From: Deltaproteobacteria bacterium
GTDB lineage: Bacteria; Desulfobacterota; Binatia; Binatales; Binataceae
Assembly (NCBI GenBank): GCA_021817345.1
Contig: JAKAVC010000138.1
Location: forward strand, 17,776 to 81,775
Direction: 5' to 3'
DNA: 64,000 bases
This document shows, piece by piece, positions 49,304-59,168 of this stretch. A model generated the notes under the pieces. It made no database searches. It saw only the letters and a program-made list of their open reading frames with translations, and was not told the origin of the DNA. Every line of letters begins with the position of its first letter. The stretch's first letter is position 1. A program made the translations under genes and the position numbers.

Positions 49304-50116
49304 TTACGGGATCGGCACGGCAAGGTAAGGCGGGACCGGCAACAGGCCCTGGATGTACTGCTTTACGAACAGGTCGACGTTGGCGATCCGGCTGCGCGGC
49401 ACGACGAGAACGTCATACGGCATCAGCATCGCGTCGTTGCCCTGGCCCGGATGGTCCACGGCGGAGGCCAGGTCCAGCCGCTCGCCCTGTACATTTCCAC
49501 ACGCGTCGCGGCGGACCAGCACGACGCTGCTGTCGGTGGCGTCGTCCGTGAATCCGCCGGCTTCGGCGATCGCCTGGAGCGCCGTCATCCCGCCAAGCAA
49601 CGGGAACGCTCCCGGATGATTCACCTGTCCTTCGACGTAAACTTGCCGCGCGGGCATATTCTTCACGTCAACGACGGCATCCGGCACCCGAAGCTCGGTG
49701 GAGTAGGCCTTGTCGATTTCCTGCGAAAGCTCCGGCGGAGTGAGACCGGCGGCCTTGAGCTGGCCGACCAGTTTGAGAGTGATCATGCCGTCCGGTCCAA
49801 CGCTGACCTGGTCGTCGAATTCCGGCGACAGGTAAAAGCTGATCGCGAGTTGATCGCCCGGCTGAATCCGATACTCATTCGGGTTGGTCGAAGGCGCCGC
49901 GTACGCGGCGGGCAGACAGGGCTCGGTTCCGGCGCTTGCGGGCGTGCCGCTTGCGACGTCGCCTCTGGCTGCGGAGCCGGAAGAGCATCCGCAAAGCATC
50001 AGCGCGAACAGCGCCGCGCACGTCAAAGCTGTCGCGCCACCCACCATTCGCGCCACGCGTCGGCGATTTTGGCGCCGACGCTCCCAAGGCGACCGTGACA
50101 GCCAGTCCCAACTCAT
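49304..50116 (-). CDS. wza: Polysaccharide export lipoprotein (OPX); start may be 50047
   Basis: Lipobox LCGC, YRIQPGD, V.PDGMI, VEGQVNHPG, AIAEAGG; C-terminal amphipathic helix. Confidence 0.9.
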   Translation of the reverse strand: MSWDWLSRSPWERRRQNRRRVARMVGGATALTCAALFALMLCGCSSGSAARGDVASGTPASAGTEPCLPAAYAAPSTNPNEYRIQPGDQLAISFYLSPEFDDQVSVGPDGMITLKLVGQLKAAGLTPPELSQEIDKAYSTELRVPDAVVDVKNMPARQVYVEGQVNHPGAFPLLGGMTALQAIAEAGGFTDDATDSSVVLVRRDACGNVQGERLDLASAVDHPGQGNDAMLMPYDVLVVPRSRIANVDLFVKQYIQGLLPVPPYLAVPIP

Positions 50117-50305
50117 AAGATTCCAGCGCGATGCGCCGCCGCGTCCCGGCGGTTTGACCGAAGCCGGGCAGGACCGCCGGGACGCTTTGCGCTGTCGCCG
50201 TTCCTCCGCTTTCGCGGCGCATTCCACCACCACACACACCCGACGTTTTAGTATTTGCAGGGTCTCGCTGATTCGAAGCTCCGCGTTTCGTTGAAGCGAC
50301 CCCGT

Positions 50306-50322
50306 CGCAACGCGCATGCCGA
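50306..50322 (-). promoter_or_regulatory. Sigma54 (-24/-12) promoter of the polysaccharide operon
   Basis: Minus strand TCGGCATGCGCGTTGCG = GG-N10-GC with TTGC. Confidence 0.65.
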
Positions 50323-50373
50323 CGACGGAAACACGGGAAATCCTTTTGTTCTTGTCGCGAGTGCGTCGCGGGA

Positions 50374-50417
50374 TGCAGATTGTGGTCTGCAAACTTTTTC
50401 CCGATGCGGAAAAAGTT
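50374..50417. promoter_or_regulatory. Candidate enhancer (UAS) dyads
   Basis: TGCAGA-N6-TCTGCA (50374-50391) abutting AACTTTTTCC-N6-GGAAAAAGTT (50392-50417). Confidence 0.5.
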
Positions 50418-51084
50418 ACCGACGGTCGCCGTCGCAATCGGAATCCCGGATGCGGGACCGGTTGGCGCGCCGAACGGCTAGCGGCGAAAAGATGCGCAAG
50501 GAAAAGTCAGAAAAGCGAACGCGCTGAAGAGGGCGGCTTCGCCGGATCGCGCGAGCGCCGCAGACGCGATTTTATATCACGCCTGCGGCGCTCTCAGGGT
50601 TGCGAACCCGCTATGGCTTGGGCCACGGACGGTTGTAGAGGTGCCCCCTGGATCGTGTTGATATAATTGAGCGTTCCCGAATCGAACCAGCTTCCGCTGT
50701 ACCAGTCGCCCATGCATCCTCACAGCATCTGGCTCAAATCACCGTCAGGATAGCTCGGATAACCGGTCGAGAGGGGTGCGGCTGGCGAGATAGTTGATGT
50801 CGCCGTTCAGGCACGCGCGAGCGTGCGGAAGCATTTCGACCGCGGCCCGCGGGGGATGTCCGCCGATTGCGCGGAGCTGGCGGCGCAACCGGGAGCGCCA
50901 AGGCTTGGCCGTCGCGCACGATCAGCGCATCTCCTTGCTAATTGCGCTCGACGTAGGCGTCAGCCTCGGCCTTGAGCGCCCCAATCAGCATGTCGTTGCG
51001 CGCGCCCGACCGGCCGCAACGACGCGTCAAAACCTCTCGCTCATTTTCCCTGCGTCCAGCCTGATGACCGCCATTGGGCGGCGG

Positions 51085-51315
51085 CTAGGCCGCGCTATGC
51101 GTTCCGCCCGCGCCTTGCGGGTTCGCCGGATGACCGGTTCCGATCCGTGCAAGGATTTTCTCCGCAGGACAGAATCCGGTGAACGCCGATTGCAGCAGGT
51201 TCAAGCCCACGAACAAATCCAGGAATAGCCAGTATGGACTCCATACCAGCCACAGGAAAAGGCCGATCACAACGAACGAGCCGGCCAGCGCGCGGACTTT
51301 CCTTTCGAGTGTCAT
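51085..51315 (-). CDS. DUF2892 / YgaP-like small membrane protein
   Basis: ER.VR.LAG, FVGLNLLQSAFTGFCPA. Confidence 0.88.
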   Translation of the reverse strand: MTLERKVRALAGSFVVIGLFLWLVWSPYWLFLDLFVGLNLLQSAFTGFCPAEKILARIGTGHPANPQGAGGTHSAA

Positions 51316-54300
51316 TGCTGAGTTTCCTCCTCATCCGGTCCAGAGCCGGGAGCCCCGGCCGGAGCATTGCGATACGCCATGTAGTAGATGAGCGGAATTA
51401 CGACGAGGGTGAAAGCGGTCGAGGCGAAAATCCCGAAGATGAACGCCCAGGCAAGGCCTGAGAAAATCGGGTCCAGCGTGATCACCGCCGAGCCGAGGGC
51501 CGCCGCTCCCGCGGTAAGCACGATCGGGCGCAAGCGGATCGCGCCCGCTTCGAGCACCGCTTCCTTGAGCGCAAGGCCGCGCGCCATGCCGTGATGGATG
51601 AAATCGATCAGGATGATCGAGTTTCGCACCACGATTCCGGCCAGCGCGATCATTCCGATCATCGCCGTTGCGGTGAAAAATGTGGGGTCGGCGTAGCCCG
51701 CGATATGCGCCTCGGTCAGCAGGTTCAGGATGAAGAAGCCGGGCATGATGCCAATCAGCGTGAGCGGAATCGCGGCCATGATGATGAGCGAGATCGCCAT
51801 CGACTCGGTCTGCGCGACCAGCAGCACAAAGATGAAGAACAGCGCCGCGCCAAAGGCGATCCCGAGATCGCGGAAGACGGTCACCGTGATGTGCCATTCG
51901 CCCTCGCCCGACCAATTGATGGTGTAGCCGGGCGGAAACATCTTTGCCGTGTGGCTTTCGAGCCATAACACTTCGTTGACCGGGCTCTCGCCGACCGTCT
52001 CGGCCATCACGAACACCACGCGGCGCAAATCCTTGTGATAGATCGGCTGCTCGGCGAGCGTGCGCTTGACCGTGCCCAGTTCCGACAGCGGCACCATCGC
52101 GCCGCCCGCGCCGCGAAGCCTGACCGAGGAGAGCAGGCGTCCGATCGACGAGCGGTCCGCGCGCGGCATCCTAAGCTCGACTAAAAGCGGCGTGCGCTCG
52201 GTGTTGGTATGCACCGGCACGACGGCGCGTCCGCCGAGCACGATCGCAAGCGTCTGGGCCGCCTGCTCGACGCTCACTCCGTTGAGCGCGGCCTTGCGGC
52301 GATCGAGCATGAACTGAAGCCGCGGCTGGGCGGCGATCGACGAGTCGTCGGTGTCGGCGAGCCCGGCGGTATGTTCGAAGACCTTCCTGAGTTCGCGCCC
52401 GTACGCGATCATCTGGCTGTATTCGGTGCCCGCCATGGGGCCGTAGATTTCCGCGACCACGCTGGCGAGCACCGGCGGCCCGGGGGGTGTTTCGACGATC
52501 TGGATCGTCTTGGCGTGATCGCGGCGCGCGATTTTTTCGACCTCGGGCCGAATCCGGAGCGCAAACTCGTGCGAGCCTTCGGCGCGATCGGCCTTGGGCG
52601 CGAGCTCGATACGGACCTGGCCCTGCCACGGTTCGCGGCGCATGTAGTAATGGCGCACCATCCCGTTGAATCCGAACGGCGCCGCCGTGCCAGCGTAGGT
52701 TTGAAAGGCGGTCACCTCGGGCTCGCGGGCCATCAACTGGCCGAGATCGTCGAGAACCTTGTTGGTGTCCTCGACCGGCGTTCCCTCCGGCATGTTGACC
52801 ACGAGTTGAAGCTCGTTCTTGTTGTCGAACGGGAGCATTTTGACGGGCACCAGGCCCGCGACGACCAGCAGGATTGAAACGATCAGCGCGCCGACCACGC
52901 CGAACAGGAACATCCGCGCGCGGCGCGGGTTGTCGAGCAGCGGTTCGAGCACCCGCCGGTACCATCTCCGGACCCACGCGGCTTCCTCTTGTGGCTCTTT
53001 TTCCGCCGGACGATCGTACTCTTTGCGCAGCAGGTGGTAACAGGCCCACGGAGTTATCGTGAAGGCGACGATCAGCGACATCAGCATCGCGAGCGGCACG
53101 TTGAACGGCATCGGCCGCATGTACGGCCCCATCATCCCGGTCACGAACAGCATCGGGATGAACGACAGGATGACGGCGAAAGTCGCCAGGATGGTCGGCG
53201 GCCGAACTTCATCGACTGCGACGAGCGTCGCCCGGCGCGGCGGATGGGTGCGCAGGCGGAAGTGGCGATGGATATTCTCGACGTCAACGATCGGGTCGTC
53301 GACCAGAAGCCCGAGCGAGAGGATCAGCGCGAAAAGCGTGACGCGGTTTATCGTGTAGCCGGCGAGCAGATTTCCCACCAGCGTTACCGCGAGCGTGACC
53401 GGCACCGCTATCGCCACGATGAACGCCTCGCGCATCCCGAGCGAGACAGCGAGCAGGACCACGATAATCGCGACCGCGATAAGCAGTTCGCGCACCAGTT
53501 CGTTGACCTTCTCGTTGGCGGTCTCGCCGTAATTGCGCGTGACCATCACGTGAACGTCCGACGGAATCGCGACGCCCCTGAGCTCTTCGACCTTGTGGAG
53601 CACCTGCTCGGCCACCGATACGGCGTTGGTGCCCTGGCGCTTGGCGATCGCGATTGTGACGGCGGGAAAAGTCTCGCCGCGCTTGCCGATAAGGCCGAGC
53701 TTCAGTTGCCCCTGCTCCCGGTTCAGGTAATGAGCCGCGGGACCGAAGCCCAGCCTCACGTAATCGGTGGCTTCGGCGGGCCCGTCAATCACGCGAGCGA
53801 CGTCGCGCAGGTAAACCGGGCGGCCGTCGCGCACGCCGACGACCAGGTTTCGCACTTCGGCGGCGCTGTGAAGGAACGGACCGCTGTCAACGATATAGAC
53901 CTGGTTGTTGCGGTCGAAGGTGCCGGCCCGAAGATTGGCATCCGCGCCCTGGAGCGCCTGGGACACTTCAAGCGGGGCCAGGCCGTGCCCGGCGAGGCGG
54001 CCCGCGTCGAGCATCACGCGAATCTGGCGCGGGCGCCCTCCGACGATAAACGATTTTCCGGTATTCGGCACCTGTTGCAGGCGATGGAGGATTTCGTCGG
54101 CGATTCGCCGCAACTGGGCGTCGCTTTCGGTCGCGCTGTAAAGGGTCAGGGTGACAATCGGAACGTCGTTGATTCCGATCGGCTTGACGATCCATCCGGT
54201 GACGCCCGGCGGAACAGCGTCGCGGTTGGACTCGATCTTGTTGTAGATCTCGACGAGCGCCTGCGTCTCGTTGAATCCGACCTTGAAGCGCACCGTGACC

Positions 54301-54599
54301 ATCGCCTGCCCGGGCATCGAGACCGAGTAGATGTGCTTGACGCCCTCCATCTCCCAGAGCCGGCGTTCGAGATTGATGGTGACGAGGTTTTCGACCTCGG
54401 CGGCCGTCGAGCCGGGCATCTGCACGATGATGTCCGCCATCGGGACGACGATTTGCGGGTCTTCCTCGCGCGGGGTGACCGCTAGCGCGACGATTCCCGC
54501 CGCAAGCGAGGCAAGCAGCAGCAGGACGGACAGGTTCGAGCCGAGGAAGCGATCGACTATCCTCGCGGTGAGTCCGAGTTTTTCGCCGTTGTCAGCCAT
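51312..54599 (-). CDS. RND efflux permease
   Basis: PREEDPQI, GLLVDDPIVDVENI, GIVVRNSIILIDF, RLRPIVLT. Confidence 0.93.
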   Translation of the reverse strand: MADNGEKLGLTARIVDRFLGSNLSVLLLLASLAAGIVALAVTPREEDPQIVVPMADIIVQMPGSTAAEVENLVTINLERRLWEMEGVKHIYSVSMPGQAMVTVRFKVGFNETQALVEIYNKIESNRDAVPPGVTGWIVKPIGINDVPIVTLTLYSATESDAQLRRIADEILHRLQQVPNTGKSFIVGGRPRQIRVMLDAGRLAGHGLAPLEVSQALQGADANLRAGTFDRNNQVYIVDSGPFLHSAAEVRNLVVGVRDGRPVYLRDVARVIDGPAEATDYVRLGFGPAAHYLNREQGQLKLGLIGKRGETFPAVTIAIAKRQGTNAVSVAEQVLHKVEELRGVAIPSDVHVMVTRNYGETANEKVNELVRELLIAVAIIVVLLAVSLGMREAFIVAIAVPVTLAVTLVGNLLAGYTINRVTLFALILSLGLLVDDPIVDVENIHRHFRLRTHPPRRATLVAVDEVRPPTILATFAVILSFIPMLFVTGMMGPYMRPMPFNVPLAMLMSLIVAFTITPWACYHLLRKEYDRPAEKEPQEEAAWVRRWYRRVLEPLLDNPRRARMFLFGVVGALIVSILLVVAGLVPVKMLPFDNKNELQLVVNMPEGTPVEDTNKVLDDLGQLMAREPEVTAFQTYAGTAAPFGFNGMVRHYYMRREPWQGQVRIELAPKADRAEGSHEFALRIRPEVEKIARRDHAKTIQIVETPPGPPVLASVVAEIYGPMAGTEYSQMIAYGRELRKVFEHTAGLADTDDSSIAAQPRLQFMLDRRKAALNGVSVEQAAQTLAIVLGGRAVVPVHTNTERTPLLVELRMPRADRSSIGRLLSSVRLRGAGGAMVPLSELGTVKRTLAEQPIYHKDLRRVVFVMAETVGESPVNEVLWLESHTAKMFPPGYTINWSGEGEWHITVTVFRDLGIAFGAALFFIFVLLVAQTESMAISLIIMAAIPLTLIGIMPGFFILNLLTEAHIAGYADPTFFTATAMIGMIALAGIVVRNSIILIDFIHHGMARGLALKEAVLEAGAIRLRPIVLTAGAAALGSAVITLDPIFSGLAWAFIFGIFASTAFTLVVIPLIYYMAYRNAPAGAPGSGPDEEETQQ

Positions 54600-55701
54600 G
54601 GGAGAACCGGTCGGCGGCCATCTTCGCGCCATCTTTAAGCAGGACCCTGTCGCCCTGCTGAAGCCCTGAGAGCACTTCGACGCGGTCGCCATAGACGCGC
54701 CCGATCGTGATTTGGCGCACCCGCACCGCGCCGCGCTCGAGCACCCGGACGGTGTCGATCTGGCCGACGCTTTCCACCGCCGAGCGCGCGACGGTCAGGA
54801 TTTTTTCCGTGCCCACGTCGAACGAGGCGCTGGCGAACATGCCGGGCCTGAGACCGAGGTCGGAAGGCATCGGCGCGCGCACCAGGAAGGTGCGGCTTGC
54901 AGGATCGGCCGCCGGCACGATTTCGTTGATTTTGGTTGAGATGGTGCGGCCTGCGGCCTGGACGTTCACCTTAAGCGGCATCCCGACCGAGATGTCGCGG
55001 GTCAGTTCCTCGGGGACGCGGAGTTCGACGCGCAGCTCGTGGGAGTCGTACACGCGCACGAGCGGCTTGCCGGGCAACGCCATGTCTCCCGGCTCGACCA
55101 TTCGTTCGGCGACCACGCCGGCAACCGGCGAGCGCACGATCGCGTAGCGCAGCGAGGCCTCGGCGGCGGCGACCTGGGCCCGCGCGGACTCGACGTCGCC
55201 GCGGCTCGCGCGGTAGTTGGCCTGAACGGCATCGAACTCATGGGCGGTCACCGAGCCGCGCTTCAGGAGCGCGTCGAAGCGATGTTCGTCCTTGGTCGCG
55301 CGGTCGAGATTGGCACGCGCGGCGGCGAGCTGGCCGCTTGCGCGGGCGACCCCGGCCTTGAGGTCCGAGTCGTCGAGCCGCACGAGCACCTGGCCGACCT
55401 TGACCGGATCACCCGCGTGCACGGTCACCTCTTTCACTGTGGCCGAGACCCGGCTTGCGGCATCGACCTCGATTCGCGACTGCACGGTTCCGATCGCCTC
55501 GCGCGTGTTGGCGACGGTTTCAAACCGCACGATATCGATCGGGGCGTTGGGAACGCGGGAGACGGGGGGGCCAAGCAGGCCCGGTTCGATTTTGCCGCGT
55601 CCGACCAAAGCCACGATGACCGCCAGCAAGAGCGCGGTTCCGATCAGGACCGCGACGAGCCTTCGTTTCGGCATTCGATCCTCTGAAGCGCGTCGGTTCA
55701 T
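54592..55701 (-). CDS. RND periplasmic adaptor (MFP)
   Basis: GDPVKVGQVLVRLD, RSPVAGVV, ADPASRTF, LRPGMF. Confidence 0.92.
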   Translation of the reverse strand: MNRRASEDRMPKRRLVAVLIGTALLLAVIVALVGRGKIEPGLLGPPVSRVPNAPIDIVRFETVANTREAIGTVQSRIEVDAASRVSATVKEVTVHAGDPVKVGQVLVRLDDSDLKAGVARASGQLAAARANLDRATKDEHRFDALLKRGSVTAHEFDAVQANYRASRGDVESARAQVAAAEASLRYAIVRSPVAGVVAERMVEPGDMALPGKPLVRVYDSHELRVELRVPEELTRDISVGMPLKVNVQAAGRTISTKINEIVPAADPASRTFLVRAPMPSDLGLRPGMFASASFDVGTEKILTVARSAVESVGQIDTVRVLERGAVRVRQITIGRVYGDRVEVLSGLQQGDRVLLKDGAKMAADRFSHG

Positions 55702-55703
55702 CG

Positions 55704-57074
55704 CTAGTCTCCGGGGTTGAGCTGGCCCGAAGCAAGTTTAAGCGCCGCGCGGGTGACCAGCACCGCGACCCTTGCCTCGACGAGCCGCATCGCGGCCTCC
55801 TTGCGCGAGGTTTCGGCGTCAAGCACCGCGACGTTGGTGGCAAGTCCCGAGCCGTAGCGGTCTTCGAGGATCCGCGCGGCGTCGGAGGCATAAGCCGCGT
55901 TACGCCGCGCAACGTCGAGATTTTCCGAAGCGGCGGCAAGCGCGTGGTAGGCTTTCTCGACGTCGAGCGCGATGCCGTGGCGAAGTTCGTCGCGCAGTTC
56001 GCGCGCGCGCGCGAGCCGGTCCATCGCCGCGCCGACCTGCGAGTCGGTCGCGAGCCCGTTGAAGAGGTTTAGCTGGCCGGCGACGAAAACGCTGTAGCTG
56101 TTGCCGGCGCGGGAGAAAGTCCGGGAGTCGTTCTCGTACGCGGCGGACACGCTGAGGTTCGGAAGGTAGCCGGCGCGCGCGATCTTCAGGTTCTGCTCGG
56201 CCTGATCCACCTCGGACTGCGCAATCTTGAGTTCGGGCCGCATCGCGAGTCCCTTCGCGATGAGCGCCTTGAGGTCCTGGGGCGGCGTGGCGGCGACCCG
56301 CTCGAGTTCGGGCGGGCTCGCAAGCGGGGCGACCGGCCTATCTTCGGTTCCGAGCACGTGCGCAAAGGCGTCCCACGCGGTCAGGAGCTGGTTTCGGGCG
56401 ACGTTGCGCTCCTGCTCGAAGGTGCCCTCCATCACCTCAGCGCGCAGAACGTCGGCCTTCACGACCATTCCGTGCGTGAACAGGTTCTGGGCCTGCCTGC
56501 GATGGGCCCGGGCGGCGGCCAGCGCGCGGTCGAGCACGCCGACGCGCTCCTCGGTCAGCACCGCGCCGTAATAGGCCTGTACCACCTCGAACTCGATTTC
56601 CTGGCGGGTTCGAATCGCGCGCCACCGGGCCGCGTCGGCGGCGTCGCGTGAAGCGGCGAAGGAAGCCCATAGCCTTCCGCCCGTGAAGATCGGCTGCGTC
56701 AGGCGGATCATGCTCTGGAAGTTCTGGAACGAAGCTGGAAAGTTGAGCCGTTGCACATTGAAGTCGCTCGCCGTGAATTCCTGCTGATTGAGCAGGTTGG
56801 AGAACACGAGCGTCGGATTGTTGGTGTTCGAGTAGGTCTCGAGTGCGTCGAGACTCGGCAGCATCGCCCCGCGCGCCACGCCGACGTCGCGCCCGGCGGC
56901 GCCGCTCGCAAGCTCGGCGGCGCGCAGCACGCGATTGTGGCCGAGCGCGAGGGAAAGCGCCTGTTCGAAGGAAATACGCTCGCGTTTGGCTTGGGCGGCG
57001 CGAGCGACCCGAGTTGCACAAAGGCATAAGGCGGCCATGATGGCGGCCCCCGCAATGTTTCGCGCTGGTGTCAT
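55704..57074 (-). CDS. TolC-family outer membrane channel
   Basis: Signal peptide, QPIFTGG, AGYLP, LFNG, RYGSGLAT..VLDAE. Confidence 0.9.
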   Translation of the reverse strand: MTPARNIAGAAIMAALCLCATRVARAAQAKRERISFEQALSLALGHNRVLRAAELASGAAGRDVGVARGAMLPSLDALETYSNTNNPTLVFSNLLNQQEFTASDFNVQRLNFPASFQNFQSMIRLTQPIFTGGRLWASFAASRDAADAARWRAIRTRQEIEFEVVQAYYGAVLTEERVGVLDRALAAARAHRRQAQNLFTHGMVVKADVLRAEVMEGTFEQERNVARNQLLTAWDAFAHVLGTEDRPVAPLASPPELERVAATPPQDLKALIAKGLAMRPELKIAQSEVDQAEQNLKIARAGYLPNLSVSAAYENDSRTFSRAGNSYSVFVAGQLNLFNGLATDSQVGAAMDRLARARELRDELRHGIALDVEKAYHALAAASENLDVARRNAAYASDAARILEDRYGSGLATNVAVLDAETSRKEAAMRLVEARVAVLVTRAALKLASGQLNPGD

Positions 57075-57124
57075 GGCGTCAGCTTCTTCGGGACAGGCCG
57101 GAAGCCGTCCTCCTCCTGTGAATC

Positions 57125-57144
57125 ATTCAATAATTCAATTGAAT
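57125..57144. promoter_or_regulatory. ArsR/SmtB-type dyad operator upstream of tolC
   Basis: ATTCAA-N8-TTGAAT in an AT-rich patch 50 bp upstream of the start. Confidence 0.55.
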
Positions 57145-57314
57145 AATCAATCTTTGATCCGGTGCCAACCTTTGTGAAATAGCCATGTGGCAATGACTCT
57201 TGGAGCATCTCATCGCATCCCGCCGGCCGATACACGTCGCGGTGAAGGTTCGAGATTCCCGCAGCGGTCGGCTTTTTGAATGAAGCACCGGACGCCTCTC
57301 GCCGTTCCGTACCC

Positions 57315-57668
57315 TCATTCCCCATGGATGCCAAGCCAGCGCCGTCGATCGTGGACCATCGGGCGTTTGCTCTGGAGCAGAGCGTAAGCCTCCCCGAGCG
57401 TCATGCCGCGGCGCGTTTTGAGGAACCATGCGACGACCAGCGGCGCCCGCTCACATCCCTCCTCGCAATGCACCAGGACGCGCTGGCCTAGGGTGAGGGC
57501 CTCGTCGATTATCCTGGCCGCACCGTCGAGCGAGTCGACCCCGTTGGCCAGGAACGGGAGATGAAGGGCCTGCCACGGCTCGTCGTGCGGCAGGTCGGGC
57601 AGCACGCTGATAATGGTGCCGTCGAACTTCTGCGCGTCCTGAAGGTCGCCGACGAAGAGGTTCGGCAT
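57315..57668 (-). CDS. Minimal dual-specificity protein phosphatase
   Basis: PNLFVGD, VLVHCEEGCERAPLVVAWFL (HCx5R), AY.LLQSKRP. Confidence 0.82.
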   Translation of the reverse strand: MPNLFVGDLQDAQKFDGTIISVLPDLPHDEPWQALHLPFLANGVDSLDGAARIIDEALTLGQRVLVHCEEGCERAPLVVAWFLKTRRGMTLGEAYALLQSKRPMVHDRRRWLGIHGE

Positions 57669-57706
57669 TATTTCGCTTTCTTTCCAGCTCTCGGCCAAAG
57701 AGACAC

Positions 57707-58177
57707 CTACCATTTGGAAAGTTCGCCGTCCGGCGGATACGCACGGACCCATCCGGCGATAAACGGGCGCCAGTTATTCATTTGCGGTTGACAGGCGTTG
57801 AAGTGGCCGGTCGTGTCAAACGGGAGCGACGGCTCGAATCCGGGAATCTTATAGGATCCGGGAATCTTATAGGATCTGATATCGAAGGTGTGATGATGGA
57901 GAAGGCTCCGCGCAATCAGCACCGAGTAACTCGAGTCGGTCATCTGGATTACCGGAGAGAACACAAAGACCGTGAAAGCGAACATCCCGAGCGCGGCTTC
58001 CATCCAGAAAAGCCGCGCGCGGTCGCGCCGCGCGCCGTCGCCTTCGGCGTCCACGATTGTGGCACTAGCCCCGAGTCTCTCCGGAGCGGCTTGCAAGCAT
58101 CGCACCTCCCGAGCCGAGCGCGCCGCGAAACCGGGGCGCGCCGCCACTGGAATCCAATAGAATCTAGGGGCAACCAA
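57707..58177 (-). pseudogene. Probable truncated N-terminal fragment of a membrane protein
   Basis: One TM followed by SPVIQMTDSSYSVLIARSLL, then the ORF degenerates; contains a tandem duplication. Confidence 0.35.
57838..57876. repeat. 18-bp tandem duplication
   Basis: ATCCGGGAATCTTATAGG x2 plus ATC; encodes SYKIPG-SYKIPG on the minus strand. Confidence 0.9.
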
Positions 58178-58210
58178 CGCGGGAAGCCAGACTGCGTTCG
58201 GCGCTTCGGC

Positions 58211-59020
58211 CTAGCGCGGCGTTGCGACGTCGGCCGGGAAGGAGCCGACCAGGTGGTTGAGCGGACGCGAGCCGTGGCCTATCTCGGGTGCTGTCTCAAG
58301 CGCGTGAGTGACGTACTGTTTGGCCAGCGCAATCGCGTCCTCAAGGCCGAGTCCGCGGGCCATCGATGCGGCAATCGCGGCCGACAGCGTGCATCCCGCG
58401 CCGTGCGCGCGTCCGACCGCGACTCGGGGCGCGCGGAAATCGCGCATCGTTCGCCCGTCGAAGAACACGTCGAGCGCGTCACCTTCGAGCGCGCCGCCGG
58501 TTACCAGGACCGCCCGCGCGCCCATCGTGACGAGCCGGCGCGCGGCCTCGCGCATGTCGTCGGCTGTCCTGACCGCGCATCCGGCGAGAATCTCGGCCTC
58601 GCGGATGTTCGGAGTTATCAATACCGCCGGAGGGAACAGCGCATACTTGAGCATCCTGACCGCGTCGCGCGCGAGAAGCTGGTCTCCGCTTGCGGCCACG
58701 ATCACCGGATCGACGACGAGGTTCGCAAGACGCTGGGCGCGCACATGCACCGCGACTTTCTCGATCACCGCGGCATTCGCGAGCATCCCGGTCTTGGCCG
58801 CGAGCACCCCGAGATCGTCGCACACGGCGTCTATCTGCGCGCCGATGAATTCGGGCTCAACCTCGGCGACCGCGCGCACGCCGACCGTGTTCTGCGCGGT
58901 TAGCGCCGTGATCACGCTCGCCCCGTAAACGCCGAAGGCGGCGAAGGTTTTGAGGTCGGCCTGGATTCCCGCGCCGCCGCTGGAATCTGAGCCCGCGATC
59001 GTCAATGCCACTGGTATCAT
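58211..59020 (-). CDS. thiD: Hydroxymethylpyrimidine/phosphomethylpyrimidine kinase
   Basis: [42 protein letters not shown]. Confidence 0.96.
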   Translation of the reverse strand: MIPVALTIAGSDSSGGAGIQADLKTFAAFGVYGASVITALTAQNTVGVRAVAEVEPEFIGAQIDAVCDDLGVLAAKTGMLANAAVIEKVAVHVRAQRLANLVVDPVIVAASGDQLLARDAVRMLKYALFPPAVLITPNIREAEILAGCAVRTADDMREAARRLVTMGARAVLVTGGALEGDALDVFFDGRTMRDFRAPRVAVGRAHGAGCTLSAAIAASMARGLGLEDAIALAKQYVTHALETAPEIGHGSRPLNHLVGSFPADVATPR

Positions 59021-59124
59021 AGGCGCGTTCCCTCGATTGTGGAGTCCGTGCGCACGCTCACATCATCGCGCGATTCTCGTCATGGCCAAAGCGTCCAGAG
59101 GCTCGGCTTCGGATACGGCCGGGC

Positions 59125-59166
59125 TTGACGATAACGAGAATCGGATGATAATTACTACCAAGTAAT
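59125..59166 (+). promoter_or_regulatory. Promoter and PerR-type operator
   Basis: TTGACG...GATAAT overlapped by the dyad ATTACT-ACCA-AGTAAT (59151-59166). Confidence 0.6.
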
Positions 59167-59168
59167 CG

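Noticed and set aside
57071-57334. 87-aa ORF upstream of tolC as a regulator
   Set aside because: No HTH pattern; it spans the operator/promoter region
57315-57668. Phosphatase as the Wzb partner of the polysaccharide operon
   Set aside because: DSP rather than LMW-PTP or PHP family, 7 kb away, and the kinase homolog looks inactive
59021-59124. TPP riboswitch upstream of thiD
   Set aside because: No CTGAGA or other thi-box core motifs on the minus strand
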